Origin: Zygnema circumcarinatum SAG 698-1b
Lineage: Eukaryota > Plantae > Zygnematophyceae
Length of the DNA stretch: 64,000 bases
Direction of reading: 5' to 3'
NCBI GenBank assembly: GCA_037447605.1
Contig: CM074814.1
Span: 2,170,001 to 2,234,000 of the forward strand
Shown: one piece after another, positions 40,167 to 53,213 of the stretch
Layout: every line of letters begins with the position of its first letter
Position numbering within the stretch: the first letter of the stretch is position 1
Made by a program: the position numbers and the translations under genes
The notes under the pieces: generated by a model
What the model was told of the DNA's origin: nothing
Seen by the model: the letters and a program-made list of their open reading frames with translations, nothing else
Databases searched by the model: none

Positions 40167-43100
40167 TTAAAAGATCCTCTCCAGCTCCTCCAGGTCGGGA
40201 ACAGCGACATCGCGCCTCATAAGCCTTTGGAACTGCTCCGGAATGGGGGCTCCGGCCTGCACGCAGATCTCCACCACTGCAGGCGCCATCCCATAGTAAT
40301 TGCGGAGCTCGTGGAGGAGAGGGGGGCCCTCTCGCTCTCGGAGATGGTACACAAATTTTGGGGGCAGAATGTCGTCAAGAATCGCATCCTGCCATCCGTG
40401 TTGGCCCCGGCGCCACTGATGCTTCGCTGCATTGCATAATCGCACCTGCCCACAAAAACAAAGAAAGAAACATTCTCGCCCTTCATTTCTATTAGTTTTG
40501 GTATTCTGCACTACTCTGTTCTGGCCTCTCTCCTCGGTCCTCTCTTCGTCCTCTCCCACTCTCTCTTTCTCACACCCCACCCCTCACTCTCTCTTTCTCT
40601 TTCTCTCCCTCTCTCTCTCACACACAATTGTCCGGCATGCCCTTTTCCTCGCTTTTCACTCAACCCTTGCATGTTCTCTCCCCTCTACGGACAAAAACAG
40701 TACAGCCTCCCTATTGCAGTCGAAACGCTTTTGTTCCAGATTCCGTTACTATCCTACTGACATGATAGAAAACACTTACCTTGTGTCCCTTTGGGCCCAC
40801 ATGAACTTCCGGACAGTATCCGCATGTCCTCACTTCATACTTGTGCATCAAAAGTGCCACTCCCTCCCTCACTTGTAGCCAAGCCTGCAAGGTCCTTTCT
40901 GCTACTCGAACCAAATCTGGGTCCTCCCCAATTGGCGGCAGGCCATCGACATCAAAACGAGGTTGACTGTGCTCTGCAATACCACTCACCAAATGGATTC
41001 TCGTCATCACCCCATAACGGCAACTCATATGTGAGGGGAAACAGCTCCAAAAGAGGGGATTGTAGTGGACACTCACATACCTCGCAGAGCTTCGGAGAAA
41101 GTAGAAGGGAAAGGTCTGCTGATTTGCTCGCTCTCTGCATCCGCGCTTCGAACTTCTGTATCTGACTCACTTTCCGGGCAAGATTCATCGTCACTCTCTC
41201 CACTCTGCACCTCCTCTCCTTGCAACTCCCCTGCTCTGCTGTCCACTGCAGCATCCTTCCAAGTCTCCTCCCGCAGCCTCTCTTCAATGGTTAAAGCTCG
41301 TGAACGAAGCCTTTCCCCTTCACTCCTCAGCCTTGCAATGCGTTCCCCTTCCATCTCATAGGGCGTACTCCTCCTCGCTGATTTGTACTCCGGTACATCA
41401 ACTCCTGCCTGAATACATAACTCCACAACTGCCGGGATGCGGTCCACTTTCATCCTGTTCTCATGGCGGATGACGGAGAGTAATCTGTCCCGCAGGTGAT
41501 AAGTCTCCACTTCCGAAACAAGGTCTTCCATTGATGCGCGTATCCACATGTGGGACCCCCCTCTCGTATGCGTATCCTTCCCTGTGCAGGACCGGATTTG
41601 ATGGCCAGTGGGCCCCACACAGACCTCCGGACATGAGCTGCCGAGAAGAGGCGAACCGGAAGGCTGTGAGAAAACAAGAGCACAGCAGGTCTGTCATCGT
41701 AAAGACTTTTCTAAAGGCCCTAAAACCCTAAACTCTTGAGAACTCGTTCATGGGACGATCAGGCCAATGCAGGAACTGCGAAGTGCCAAACGCAAATCTC
41801 AAGACTGGGATTCCCACTATGAAACCTCTTCAAATGTGGCAGAATGTTCGCTCTATAATCGTTTCTCACCTGCAAGCAAAGGCGGGAAGGTCTTTGAGCA
41901 TGCGCCGAACACCCTCGCGGACAGTGGTCCTTGCTTCCATGACCTGATGAGCGACAGGAATGAGAGCTTCAACCAATAGTCCATTTTGGGGGGCCACAAG
42001 TGGAGGTGGCGTTATCCCTCGTTTTACATCCTTCTTCCTGCACGGCGGAAAAAGCCACGCTGTCCTATTTGTTCAAAGCAGAAGTGAGCATTAACTTTAC
42101 TTCCAGAGACTGCCTCAGTTGACACTAACTCGACAGGTAGTCCTGACAATTCGTCCTTCAATCTTCTTTAAAACCAAACCATCAATGACATAACTGAACT
42201 GCATTTGCAACACCTTACATTACAGGAGGCAGAACAAAACTAAACTAAAACAAACTAGGTCTAAAAACGAAGCTGCGACAACCCTAAACCTTCAGAGAAA
42301 ATTAATCTTTATGAGTGACAGCGAACTCTTCAACTAAATCTGATACTCTGAAACGTTACTATCAATTAGTTTGCTTGCTTAGCTTGCTTCTATAGGTGCA
42401 AGACCAATCCTTGATCAGCAGACTCCAAACTCAGACTCAGATTCAGACCAGACTCAGAACTCTCGCCCTCTCGCTCTCTCTCTCTACTAAGTTAACCTAT
42501 GAAATTGAAGATAACGATCTTTTATTCGCCAACGGCCGTCCGTCCCTTTTCTCGTCAATACATATTGCCTGCCTTATAAGGCGGGTTTGCTCACACTTTC
42601 TTTGCGTCCTTCTTCATTTTTTCCACTGCTTGCCCAAAACGCTTCCGCCGTTTCATGGGAGAGTCGTTTAAAGGCCACACACCCTCCTCATGGATCTCCA
42701 TCGCAACAGCGGCTGGCAATGAAGAAGAACGGAAAACTTTCCTTGAATGCTGCTTCGGACATGAGAGCTCCTGCAATTGTGAGCATAAAGAGGTGAATTG
42801 AAGTATGAGTCCCCACAATTTCCTTGAGAAGTGGTTAGGAAGTGCCCTCCTGCTAAGTTTCAGGACGTCTTATGTGAATGGGAAATTGACTGAAAATACA
42901 ATACAGCCTGTCTCCCCTCCACCGCAATCTCTTTCCCTTGTCTGTCTCCTATAAGGCAACCGTAGGAAATTGTTTTGAAATTATAATCGCGGGAAGAATT
43001 GCGGGAGAGAAGTCCGACCTATGCTCCTGCACCGTTAGAGATAAAATATACGGCGAAGCACTTAGCACCAAATTGAATGCGTCAGGCCGCTAATCGCTCG

Positions 43101-43425
43101 CAGAGTTTCAACACCAATGCTTCCAATCACTGCAACAGACTCCCAATCCGACAGCTTCTAGTCTGGCTTTCCCTCTACAAAATGACCTAAATTCAGTATG
43201 ATAAATTCAAAAGAACAGCTCAAATACCGGGAAAATTCTCTTGGAATCGCCCAAGCGACACCGTAGGGACGGTCCGAGAAAGGAAGAATTCAGCCTCCTC
43301 TCTGTTCCTGAAGATCCTGGAGCTGCTCCTCTCCAATTCACCCCCTCTGCGTCTCGAGATAAAGCACATGCTGGAGGTGAAGGCGTGGCCAGCAGCGAGC
43401 TGACGAGGGCAGGAGGCACAGCCAT
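40167..43425 (-). CDS. APO: APO (DUF794) organellar intron-splicing RNA-binding protein with two zinc-binding APO motifs
   Basis: PPQNGLLVEALIPVAHQV, ACSSCPEVCVGPTGHQIRSC..HMW, IPAVVELCIQAG, TCGYCPEVHVGPKGHKVRLC..HGW, APAVVEICVQAG; Ser/Ala-rich transit-like N-terminus from ATG 43425; about 6 exons. Confidence 0.9.
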
Positions 43426-44177
43426 GGCTAGACAAGCTGCAAGGTAAAGGTTTGCAACAGCCTTAGGGAGGGACCTGTATAAAAGCGCCGGTATCCAACC
43501 AATGGGCACGTACCACGTAGCACAAATTGTCTACGTGGCAGCTCGCCATTAGACGATGCTTCTGTTCGCTGTCGCAGTTCACCGTTCCGTCGAGTTCCAG
43601 TTCAACGGTGTAGGTACTGTGACGTGGCAATTTTGCATAGATTCGCGTTTTGTTGGCCAACATGGCCATGATGGGTGAGATTCATGGTTCTTGTGAAAGC
43701 TGGTTGCCTTGCCAATTGACCTCAAATTTGGTGATGTCGAAAACATGAGCGTCTCAGTACACATGGCAGAACAAAGTTTTAACATTGTCTGCACTTTGAA
43801 TTGTCTTTGAATCTCACATAATAACGCATTCAACAACAATATCTGAAACTCAGCTCACATGTTGTACCAACACAACTTTCCTCTACTCATGTTTCGCAAC
43901 CCATCAACAAGTTGAAGAAGCATCTCACTTGCATGCTACAAGCACGAAATCATGCACGAATTCCAACGTCCCAAAGCACAAACATCCTTTGTCCTCAAAA
44001 CCTTTATATACAGCAGCACAACATGTGCCATCCTTTACAAGACCCATGACCTAGTCTCCCTAAACCATTCCTCCCAAAAAGCTACGCAGTGAACCTTCCA
44101 TGCTTGACAAAGTGAGGGCGATGGCTCCAACACGAGGGCGACGATGCTTCAATTGACTCAAGTCAAAAGATGGGCCG

Positions 44178-46348
44178 TCATGGAGGTGGTGGTGCTGGGG
44201 AAGGTTCTTCTGGGAAGGGATAGGGCTCAGGGTAGGGGTAGGGCTCAGGCAAGGGGTAGGGCTCAGGCAAGGGGTAGGGCTCAGGGAAGGGGTAGGGAGA
44301 GGGAGGGAGAGGGAGGGAGAGGGAGAGGGAGAGGGAGAGGGAGGGAGAGGGAGGGAGAGGGAGAGGGAGAGGAGAGGGAGAGGGAGAGGGAGAGGGAGGG
44401 AGAGGGAGGGAGAGGGAGGGAGGGAGGGAGAGGGAGGGAGAGGGAGAGGGAGAGGGAGGGAGAGGGAGAGGGTGCTTGTGGCGGCGGCGGAGGCGGCCTC
44501 GCTGGAGGGACATTGGCAGGGAGCGGACCGAGGGCCCTAAAGGCGAAGAGGTAATCGATATAAGCGTCTCCAGAATGCGCAGCACATTGTTGCTCTCCAA
44601 TTTGAAGGAATATGTCCCTGGTGATAGGGACAAGCTCAGGTAGACATTTCAGGGACATAATGAAATGAAAAACAGAGCATGATTGGAAAGGCCGAAGGAT
44701 AGTTAGTCAGAGGTTAGGTTCAATGACAGCATGAGACTTTCAATGAAACGTGTAAAAACAAGCAGCGGTCCATCTGCATCAGCGCAGTTCATGTTATTTT
44801 CCAAAAGAAATGGGGCAAATCCCAAGAAGGAGGCCCACAAAGCAGCGCTACAGAACGGCGGTTCGTAAACTTCAATGTCACCTGATAACCAGTCGACCTT
44901 CAATTCTCGCAGTTAGAAGTAGTCTCGTGCCCTGTAATTGCAATTTCAAGCACACTTCAATGCTCAACGACTGCTAAGTTTGCTGCAAATAGAAAATGCG
45001 AAAGCGCATAACGAATGTATCTGTTTTTAATCCTAAAGAGCAAACTACTCCTTACTTTTGTCCAAAGTAAATAATTCTTCACTATCTCAACCCCCCCTAT
45101 AATCTGCAAGGATGTGAAGGAAGGGTGCGACCTCACCAGTATGAATAGCCGGCCTGTTATTGTGGGAGTGTACTGAGGTGGCACTTTCAATGTTACATTT
45201 TTGGCAGAAATCGACTTGTTAAAAGCCAAGCCACCCACAGCATTGGCAGAGAGAGTAACCATCTCAGGCCGGAAAGTGAAGGTCCCACTCTCGTTCGTGT
45301 TAATTACCGCATTTCCACCTGCCCGGTTCAATCTGACAATATTAGAAGCCTGTCGTTTTATTGTTGGCGATTTCTTGTTAATGAAGAATGGCAGCAAGTG
45401 AACGCGGGAGGGGGATGGAGAGAGGGAGAGGAGAAAAGCTATAAGTTCTGGAAAAGAGGAGAGAGGGCGAGTCGGAAGGGAAAAGATGTATGCATGCAAG
45501 CGCGTTATTATCCATACGGGAAAGGCAGAGGAGTTGGCTGAATGGCTGCATTGAAACTTATTCATGAATGATTGAAAGGAAGTGGAGACCACTCTCCTAC
45601 CTTCTATAGTAACTGATGGATTCACAACTGCAACGGCCACCAGCGTGCTGTTTGATGCAACGTCGTACACATACAAGTTCACGGCAGAGGTGAGGACTGG
45701 TTCAGGCTGGCGAAGCCAAAGCTTTTCTGAAATCCAACGCACTTGTGATCCTTGCAGAGGCTGCATGAGCAGATGAGAAGCATATGAACGCTTATTTTTT
45801 AAGCAACAAGGAAGAAGATGAATTGATGTTTTATAATCTCTAGGATTCACCAGTGTGCCACAGTTCAGGAATTGAACAAGGAATTGATGTTTGTGATAAA
45901 AAAATAAAATAAACATGTGATCCTTGCACGCATCGTAGACGATATTCTGCACTCTTCAGCCCCACCTCTTGATTCTCACAGTAGCAATGTCCAAAAACAT
46001 GAATAACACCCTTTCTGGCAGCAGCTGGAGCGAAGAATGGCATAGTATTGTTTTTCAAGTACTTCATGCTTATGATTAGCACCTCCAGATGCCACGTGTC
46101 ACCTTCAAGGGCTGTGGCGCTACTTCTGTCTGCGGCTGATAGGTCACAACGTCCACCTGCACACTCTCCGGCACAAACCGCGGCAGCGGGAACATCTCAA
46201 CCGTGACATTTTCAGCAGTCCCTCCAAGACTATAATCCGTGAAGAACACAGTCGGCTCCAGAGAAGTAGGAGCCGCCTCAGAACGCAGCATTTGCGAGAT
46301 TAAGATTGGCAAGGACAAGGCGAAGGTCAGTTTCAGAATGGCTGCCAT
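44178..46348 (-). CDS. Secreted protein: signal peptide, Cys-containing beta-rich domains, C-terminal Pro/Ser and PEPYP repeat tail (HRGP-like)
   Basis: MAAILKLTFALSLPILISQMLRSEA signal; spliced exons ~46348-46100, 46020-45960, 45760-45600, 45350-45140, 44930-44740, 44650-44178. The tail frame is ambiguous inside the GA-rich tract. Confidence 0.65.
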
Positions 46349-46604
46349 GGCTGTCGAGTCGCAGAATCAAGGGCGATTGTTGCTCCCAGAAGGCTCGCTT
46401 TGCAAGAAGCAGGAAGCCTTTCAGACAGTTGTTTCTAAGAAGGAAATAAATTCCTGAGTCTGTCAGTCATGGTCAGTCAAATATGGCTTCCTTCGCACTC
46501 CTTCCTGCAAGGGAGCAGTCTTGGCAGCCGAGGGTGGGCGGAAGCAGCTTTGCTCGGTCAAGGGAAGGAAAGAGCATCCTGAAGAAGCGGACCGCCGCAT
46601 GCAA

Positions 46605-46990
46605 TGTCATGTCTTGCATGCATGCATATCATGATCCATGCATGCATGCAAATCAATCTTACAAATGCATGTCTTGCATGTATATCATGATCCACGTATG
46701 CATACAAATCTTATCAACGCATGTCCTGCATGCGAGCGTATCATGATCCATGCATGCATGCAAATCTTATCAATGCATGCATGCAAATCTTATCAACGCA
46801 TGTCTATGCATGCATATCATAATCCATGTGTTTTGCATGTATGTAAGTATTGTCCATGCATGCATACAAGTTATGAACATGCATGTCATGTCATGATATA
46901 CGCATGCATGCAAGCCATGGTCCATGCATGCATGCAAGCCATAGTCCATGCACGCATGCAAGTCATCTCCATGCATGTATGTCATGCCTA
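46605..46990. repeat. Degenerate ~60-bp-unit satellite saturated with (ATGC)n / CATGCA (RY-like) motifs
   Basis: About 20 overlapping CATGCA by hand count; unit ~GCATGTCTTGCATGCATGCATATCATGATCCATGCATGCATGCAAATCTTATCAA. Confidence 0.85.
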
Positions 46991-47684
46991 CTCGATATAT
47001 CGATGATATATTGCCCAGGCCAATACGATTTGGTACCTGGTACGGACTTTTGTCGTCTTGCGGCCATTTTCGTGTTGTTGCCTTCAGGTGCCGGCACTTT
47101 AAGAGTAGGATGGCCGCACGGGCGATAAAACTGAGACACGTCACGTCTACAAATGTGGACACGTGGCGAATTAGCATTGGTTACTATTTCCATAGAACAC
47201 GCAGCCCACGAGCCAGTTTCGCAACCTTGGACTGTTCTTTGTCAGTTTTTGGTCTTGTGCCGTAAGGCAGTTAAACTAGAATTAGGGACCATAAACCGGC
47301 CGTTAAACGGCTGAACACGTGGCGCAAATGGTCAATGATCGGAAGGATTCGCCGTTCCGCATCGACTTTGTTGACCTTGGTTTGATCAAAAAAGTGGGTT
47401 GATGTGGCGGTTGAGAAGTGGATCCGGAGATCCATGATCGTACTGTACTTGTACCGGTCTGTTTGTGAATTTGGTGGAATCAACCGATCCTTTTTTCAGT
47501 CAAATAGGTTGTCGGGCCTTGAAATCTAACCAATGGTAATCCGCCACGTGATTATACTGTATACGTGGCGTGTCTCAATTGGATTATACGTTCCTTGTTT
47601 TATTGTCGAGTAGAGGTCCGGACCGGGCTTTTAACTCAACGGAACCGAAAGGTTGCCGTACAGTGCTGTATGAAAGTGCAAGTA

Positions 47685-48177
47685 CAATAGGGGGTCCTCG
47701 TATTTACCGCCCTAAGGAGTGCGTCCTCAAGAAATTCGCCCCGATTTTGCCGAAACCACCTTTTTGTACGGTAACGTGGTGTTAGCCGTACTGTTCGTAC
47801 TATTCGTACTGTCCGTACTGTCCGTACTGTTCGTACTAGCTGTACTAGCCGTTACGGGCTTACGCAAAACTCACCTATTCTCCCCGCACTTGCCGCCGTA
47901 AGAGGCGCTCGCTCTTCTCACCTTCTTCTTGGCTTCAATACGATACGGTACAATATGAAACGCCCCGATACGGTACTAGCCGTACTAGCCGTACGAGTTG
48001 TAGTATCCGATACAGACGATACGGTACGATATGGAACGGTGCGATATGTACGGTCCAACATGAACTCTAACATAATACCGCCCGTCTATTGGTAACACGA
48101 ACCTTATATATGCAAAATCAATATTTTCGCCTCATATTGGCCAAAACCAGGGTGGAAAATATGAGGACCCCCTACTG
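47685..48177. mobile_element. 493-bp Tc1/mariner-type MITE related to the 3759-6551 element
   Basis: 28-bp imperfect TIRs CAATAGGGGGTCCTCGTATTTACCGCCC / CAGTAGGGGGTCCTCATATTTTCCACCC (24/28), TA on both sides. Shares AACATAATAC.GCCCG.CTATTG.TAACACG and TTTGCC.AAACCA with the larger element. Confidence 0.8.
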
Positions 48178-48816
48178 TACAGTACTGTACAGCTTGTGGC
48201 AGGGCAGACGCACTCTTTAGGGTTTCGACCTTTTTTTTGTAAAATAAAATCTGCCCGACGGGAAAAGGTGTGTATCGAATCCAAAAAGGTGGGAAAAAAA
48301 CATTTTAAAACCTTTTACATCTATTTTAAATCTGCCCGGCGAAAAAAGGGGTGTGTCGATCCAAAAAAGGGGTGGAGTTATCACTACCTCTTCTTTTTTT
48401 CTTTTTTTCGTTTTTTACTTTTCGCGGCTGCTTCAAGGGAGGGCTTGAAGCGTTGTCGAGCCTAGGCATAATTTTCCGCTCCTAGTTTTCTTCTTTTGTG
48501 CTTAGGTCCTTTGCGACCAGTTATTCCTCGTGGTTCCCATGTTGTTGATTTTGTCCATGTACATTTGATGGCATCATCGCCACCGTGAGATCAATGCCAC
48601 TTCCACTCACTCCCTAACCCGTGCCCCCAACCCTAGCCTCAACCCTTGAACTGACTTTACAGGTTGAACCAGGAATCCATACACCAGATTCAAATGTTTC
48701 CTCCCTGAGTCCACGCCGTCCAGGCAGCCCGGCACCGACCAGTTTTTTGTCGCATTGTCAGGACAAACGACAAAAGTCCCCGCCCGACGTATAAGCTGGC
48801 GCAGCCCGTTTCGCGT

Positions 48817-48990
48817 ACGCGTGTCGACATCTAATTCTGTCACGTGTCTCCTGTGTTTGACCGTACAGTCTCCCCATGCCACGTGGCCGTGGCCGGTTTG
48901 TGCCAGTCGAGAGCGAACGTCCAACGTGGCACAAATGCGTCGAATAGAGAGACGCCACGTGGCAAATCTAGCAAGTGATCGCCACGTGGC
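48817..48990 (+). promoter_or_regulatory. ABRE/G-box cluster with a CE3-like element upstream of the DJ-1 gene
   Basis: ACGCGTGTC 48817, CACGTGTC 48841, CACGTGGC 48880/48956/48983, AACGTGGC 48923; 300-470 bp before ATG 49291. Confidence 0.6.
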
Positions 48991-49290
48991 GCTGTTGCTC
49001 CGTCTGCTCTTGCAGGCACCTGGAGGAGCTCCAAATTCCAGACTGCCAAGAGCGTTTCTTGGAAGGGCGGGCGGGCCTGCAAGGTAAGGAGAGAGGGAGA
49101 GGGTGGGAGGGAGGGAGGGAGGGAGGGAGGAAGGGAGGGTGCACATCATCACTCTCGCATGAGGCAACGCAAGAATTTTGAGCCTGTTCAGAGAGCTCTC
49201 CCACCGGAAAAGCAAAAAAAGAAAATTCTAAATCTTATAACAAGAAAAAAGTTTTGCCATATATTTTTGTGTGAATACTGACACCTCCTA

Positions 49291-51908
49291 ATGGCGGCCA
49301 GCGAAGCTCGGATACTGCAAGGGCTGGAACGGGCGCTGCTGTCAAAAGGACGGCTTTTGGGTGCTTCCACTGAACCGGCCTTGTTTTGTGCAGGGAGAAG
49401 GAGGAAAATTGCTCCTGCAACAGGCGCGTGGACATCTTTGAGCCTGTGCAAGTCTGATTTGGGAAGGCCCTCTGATTCGGACGGAGGGAGGAGGAGAGAG
49501 ATGGCATCGAGCGCTACTGAAAGAATGGAAGGATTTGATACTGGAAAGTGGCTTCAGCAGGGCAAAGTGCTGATCTGCATGTCTGGTACACTTTCCACAG
49601 TGACTTTCTTGCAGTTCTTGGAGTTCTACATTCGTGACATGTAGGGACGTTTTCTACATCGTTGTTGAAAGTGCTGCCTGCTCGTACGGTGTGAAGCTGC
49701 AGGCCTATCGCTTAGTATGGCTGGCCATCGTCAAGGTGGACTGCTATACTATGTAAAGTAAAGTGTTAAAAAATGACGTCCTTGATGGCGATATCATGAG
49801 GATTCTGTCTGCAGGCGCGGACCATGTTACACTCAAGGGAGGAAAGGAACAAGAGACAGGATTTTTTTTGAAGGAGCTGGGAAGGCCCCTTATGAAGCTC
49901 CTGGATTCAGGTTTCGACGTTTTGGTAAGGAAACGTGCATTTAGTTGTTTGGAACTACAACGCGTAGAAAATCAGTCTGGAAAAAAAGTCAGTGACCTTG
50001 AGAAGAAACTCGACGTCATAACTCTGCTGCTAACCCGTCTGGACAATCCTTTCCTTTGTAGTGCAGTTCGCAAGTCCTATTGGTGAGGCGCCAAAGATGG
50101 ACCCCATGTCTGACAGCGGCCTTTGGTTCTCAAAATTCTGGTCAGGTGAGGACACCTTTTGGGCATAGGAATGATTGGCAATGGATCATTCGTATAGAAA
50201 AAATCCTTAAATTTATGTGAAAGTCTATACATAAGGTTTTCCGATACCATCCTTGCAAAGGAATGGATACTTGCTGTAAAGGAAAAAAATCTGTGAGCTT
50301 ACACCGCTAAAGGTTCTCCTTATTCCACTGGATGTCATGGTATACTTTCATTTTACTTGGCAGGTTCGACACTGCTTGTTCTAACTAAGACGTGCACTTC
50401 AAATTTGCGTGCAGAATTGAAAAATGAGAAAGCACTTCTTCACAAAATGGAAGTAGAAAAGAACTTCAGCTCTCCCCGTAAATTTTCGTCCTTCACTGAC
50501 GAGGAACTAAGTGAATACATCGGCGTGCTTGTCCCTGGAGGTCTATTTCTTTCCAGCCACACACTCACATCTGGCCGCAACTCCTTGCCATGTGCACAGG
50601 AATGGCATGCTGCGTGTGGTTTACGAATCTGAAAGAAATTACATTTTGCTGGTTGAAGGAGAGTCCGTTTCAACACATGCGCTGTCCACCTATTTCTAAT
50701 CAAAAAATGTTGATCGTTTATCATAGGTCATGCGCCTATGGCTGACTTGTGGAAAGACGAGGACCTTGGCCGCATTCTTCTTCACTTCCATAACAGAAGC
50801 AAGCCAACAGGTCAGAACAAAGCAGGCTTATTTCACTCTTATCATAGTGCATGGTCTTTGAGAAGGTGTCGCATACTGCTTCCTGCGTAGGTAGGTGTGC
50901 ACGGCAGAGTGACCAGGTTTGAAGTGGCTGTTTACATGCACACAACCTGATGGCGGATTAGACATTACTGGACTGTAACTATTCAATTGCCGAGGTGTCG
51001 ACAGCTTCAGTGCATATGTTCTGTTCCTTTGTTCCGTGCATGGCTGCACTATATAGTTTTCCACACTAATATGGCTGCATGGGCGACTCCCTTGTCATTA
51101 GGAAAACGCTGCAGGTTGATTTGCAGTGTACTAAACATTGACATCGAATGCAGGTCTTATTTGCCATGCTCCAATCGCCTTGCTGGCCACAAAGCAGGTG
51201 GAGAGTGATAAGATATGGGCATACAAGGGCTACAAGATGACCTGCTATTCTGATACAGAGGAGAAACTGAATGAGGCTTTATGGGGACAGAACTTGCCAT
51301 ACAAGGTATGGAACGACAAAAAGTTGGCCATTAGCTCTGGGGGGGCTGCAGAAGCGCATTTTGCGGCTATTCAGCTGATTTAATAATGTAAAAACATACC
51401 ACATGGACCATTTATTGCTCGAAACAATAGGAGAGCGTAGCAATCATTCCGTGCCAGAAATTCCCCCCACCTTCGTGCATGACTGGATGCAGGTAGAAAC
51501 AGAGCTGCGGAAGAATGGAGCAATACTTGAAGAGGCCCTTCCAATGATGCCTAAAGTCACGACAGATCGGGAGCTTATTACTGCTCAGGTACTTTTGGGC
51601 TACAAATTTCGTCAATGTCATTTTGCTTGATATGCTTAATTCTCGAGAATTGAAATCTTGACTCGTAACTGCTCGGGACCATGGCAAGCTGACTAGTGTC
51701 TGATAAAGGGACATAGCGATGCCGTTTCTGTGTCTTGTTTTCAATCTTCCATTGACTAAATGTTGATGTGACCAAGGATTAAGCGCGGACACGTGTACTC
51801 GATGTGCAGGGCCCCACGTCTGCTGATCAGTTTGGAGAAGCCTTCGTGTCAGCGCTGAACGCAGAACTGTCCAACAAGTCCATGGACCGAGTGGCCCAAA
51901 CTATCTGA
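49291..51908 (+). CDS. DJ-1/PfpI superfamily, Hsp31-like (class I glutamine amidotransferase-like; putative glyoxalase III)
   Basis: Exons 49291-49585, 49815-49924, 50067-50145, 50415-50540, 50727-50810, 51154-51305, 51493-51588, 51810-51908 splice to KVLICMSGADH..TGFFLKEL..FASPIG..MDPMSD..VPGGHAPMADL..GLICHAPIAL..DRELITAQGPTSA. Confidence 0.88.
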
Positions 51909-53213
51909 AATTTGAACTCGGAGCGTCATCTCATGCAGCTTCAATTTTCAGATTGTTGCTGAAATTGCATTGGTGGATTTCTTGTTTTCTTTGTAAATAT
52001 AAACGGCCCATGCTCCAAAAGAACAATGCACAGTACCCTTCATTTTTTGGTGAAGCCTATGTGAAAGTGCCTTCAAAAAAAAAAAAAAAAAAAAAACTCT
52101 GCGTTGCAATGTTTGAAATGCGTTGGCTGTACCCGTCCAGAGGAGGAGGGCTCTCACAGAGGAGAATTTCAGTGACAGAGGCCTGGTAGACGCTCTATGA
52201 CGAAAAATCGCTCGCTGTTTGACGGAACTGGTTTATGAACAGTTCCACTTACAGTTGGGTCTATGGAACGTCGCCTCCAGGGGCCGCCCAGTGGGCAGCT
52301 TGACCGTACGGTCGACCATACGGGCAATCTGGCTGATAAGCAACACGTCGCGAAAATCCATTGGTTTACGCAATAATGTCATGTTTGCCGTACAGACTTG
52401 GTCTGTCGTACTATCCCATCACGACAAGAATATTTTACACGTGTCGTATCCACAGGCTGCTGTGCGGGTCACACCTGTACCGCAGAAACGACAGCCTTTG
52501 GATGTGTGAAAGATGTGACTCATCAGCGCCAGATTTGTCGTTTTGTTGCTGAATCCCGACAATTCAAACAGAGCCGCGCCTGGTCCGTACGCACCGAATT
52601 CAACGCGACAAAAATATGTTGACTTCAAGGGAGAATCCGCCAATCGGGGTGCTTTTGACTACTCGTTCGCCAATCAGAAAAGTGTGACCTGGAAAAAAAT
52701 ATACGTGGCAGTCCGCCATTGGTTTCTAAAAAAAGAAAAAACTTTTTGGCGAGCCGGTCTCGAACCGTTCACACGCGCCGAAAAAAAACAAAAACACAAA
52801 CAGAGGGCCTTTTTTCCATCCTGTGTCGTAGTCGAGAATTGTCAATGAGGTTCCGTCACGTGTAACTTTTCTTCCCACGTGGCGTGTCACTATTCGACAA
52901 AATATTGAGACAGGACCTGCAGCATGTACTTCCTCTCTCCCTACCAGAGCTTCCCCACTCTCCCTCTCCCTCTCACTTCCTCCCTCCCTCTCTCTCGCTC
53001 TCCCTCCCTCTCTCAACAACTGCAACCCTATATGCCTCCCTCTCCCCCCTACCCCCCTCCCATTCTTATGGTCTTCCTCCTGCATCCTCCGATCGAACCC
53101 TAATCTGCCCTTCACTAGCCCTAATCGACGCTCTCCAGCAATAGTTCTCCTATCGAACCCTAATTTATATCTCGAACCTTCACTTCTCTCTCTTCCCTCC
53201 ACTTGCTTAAAAA

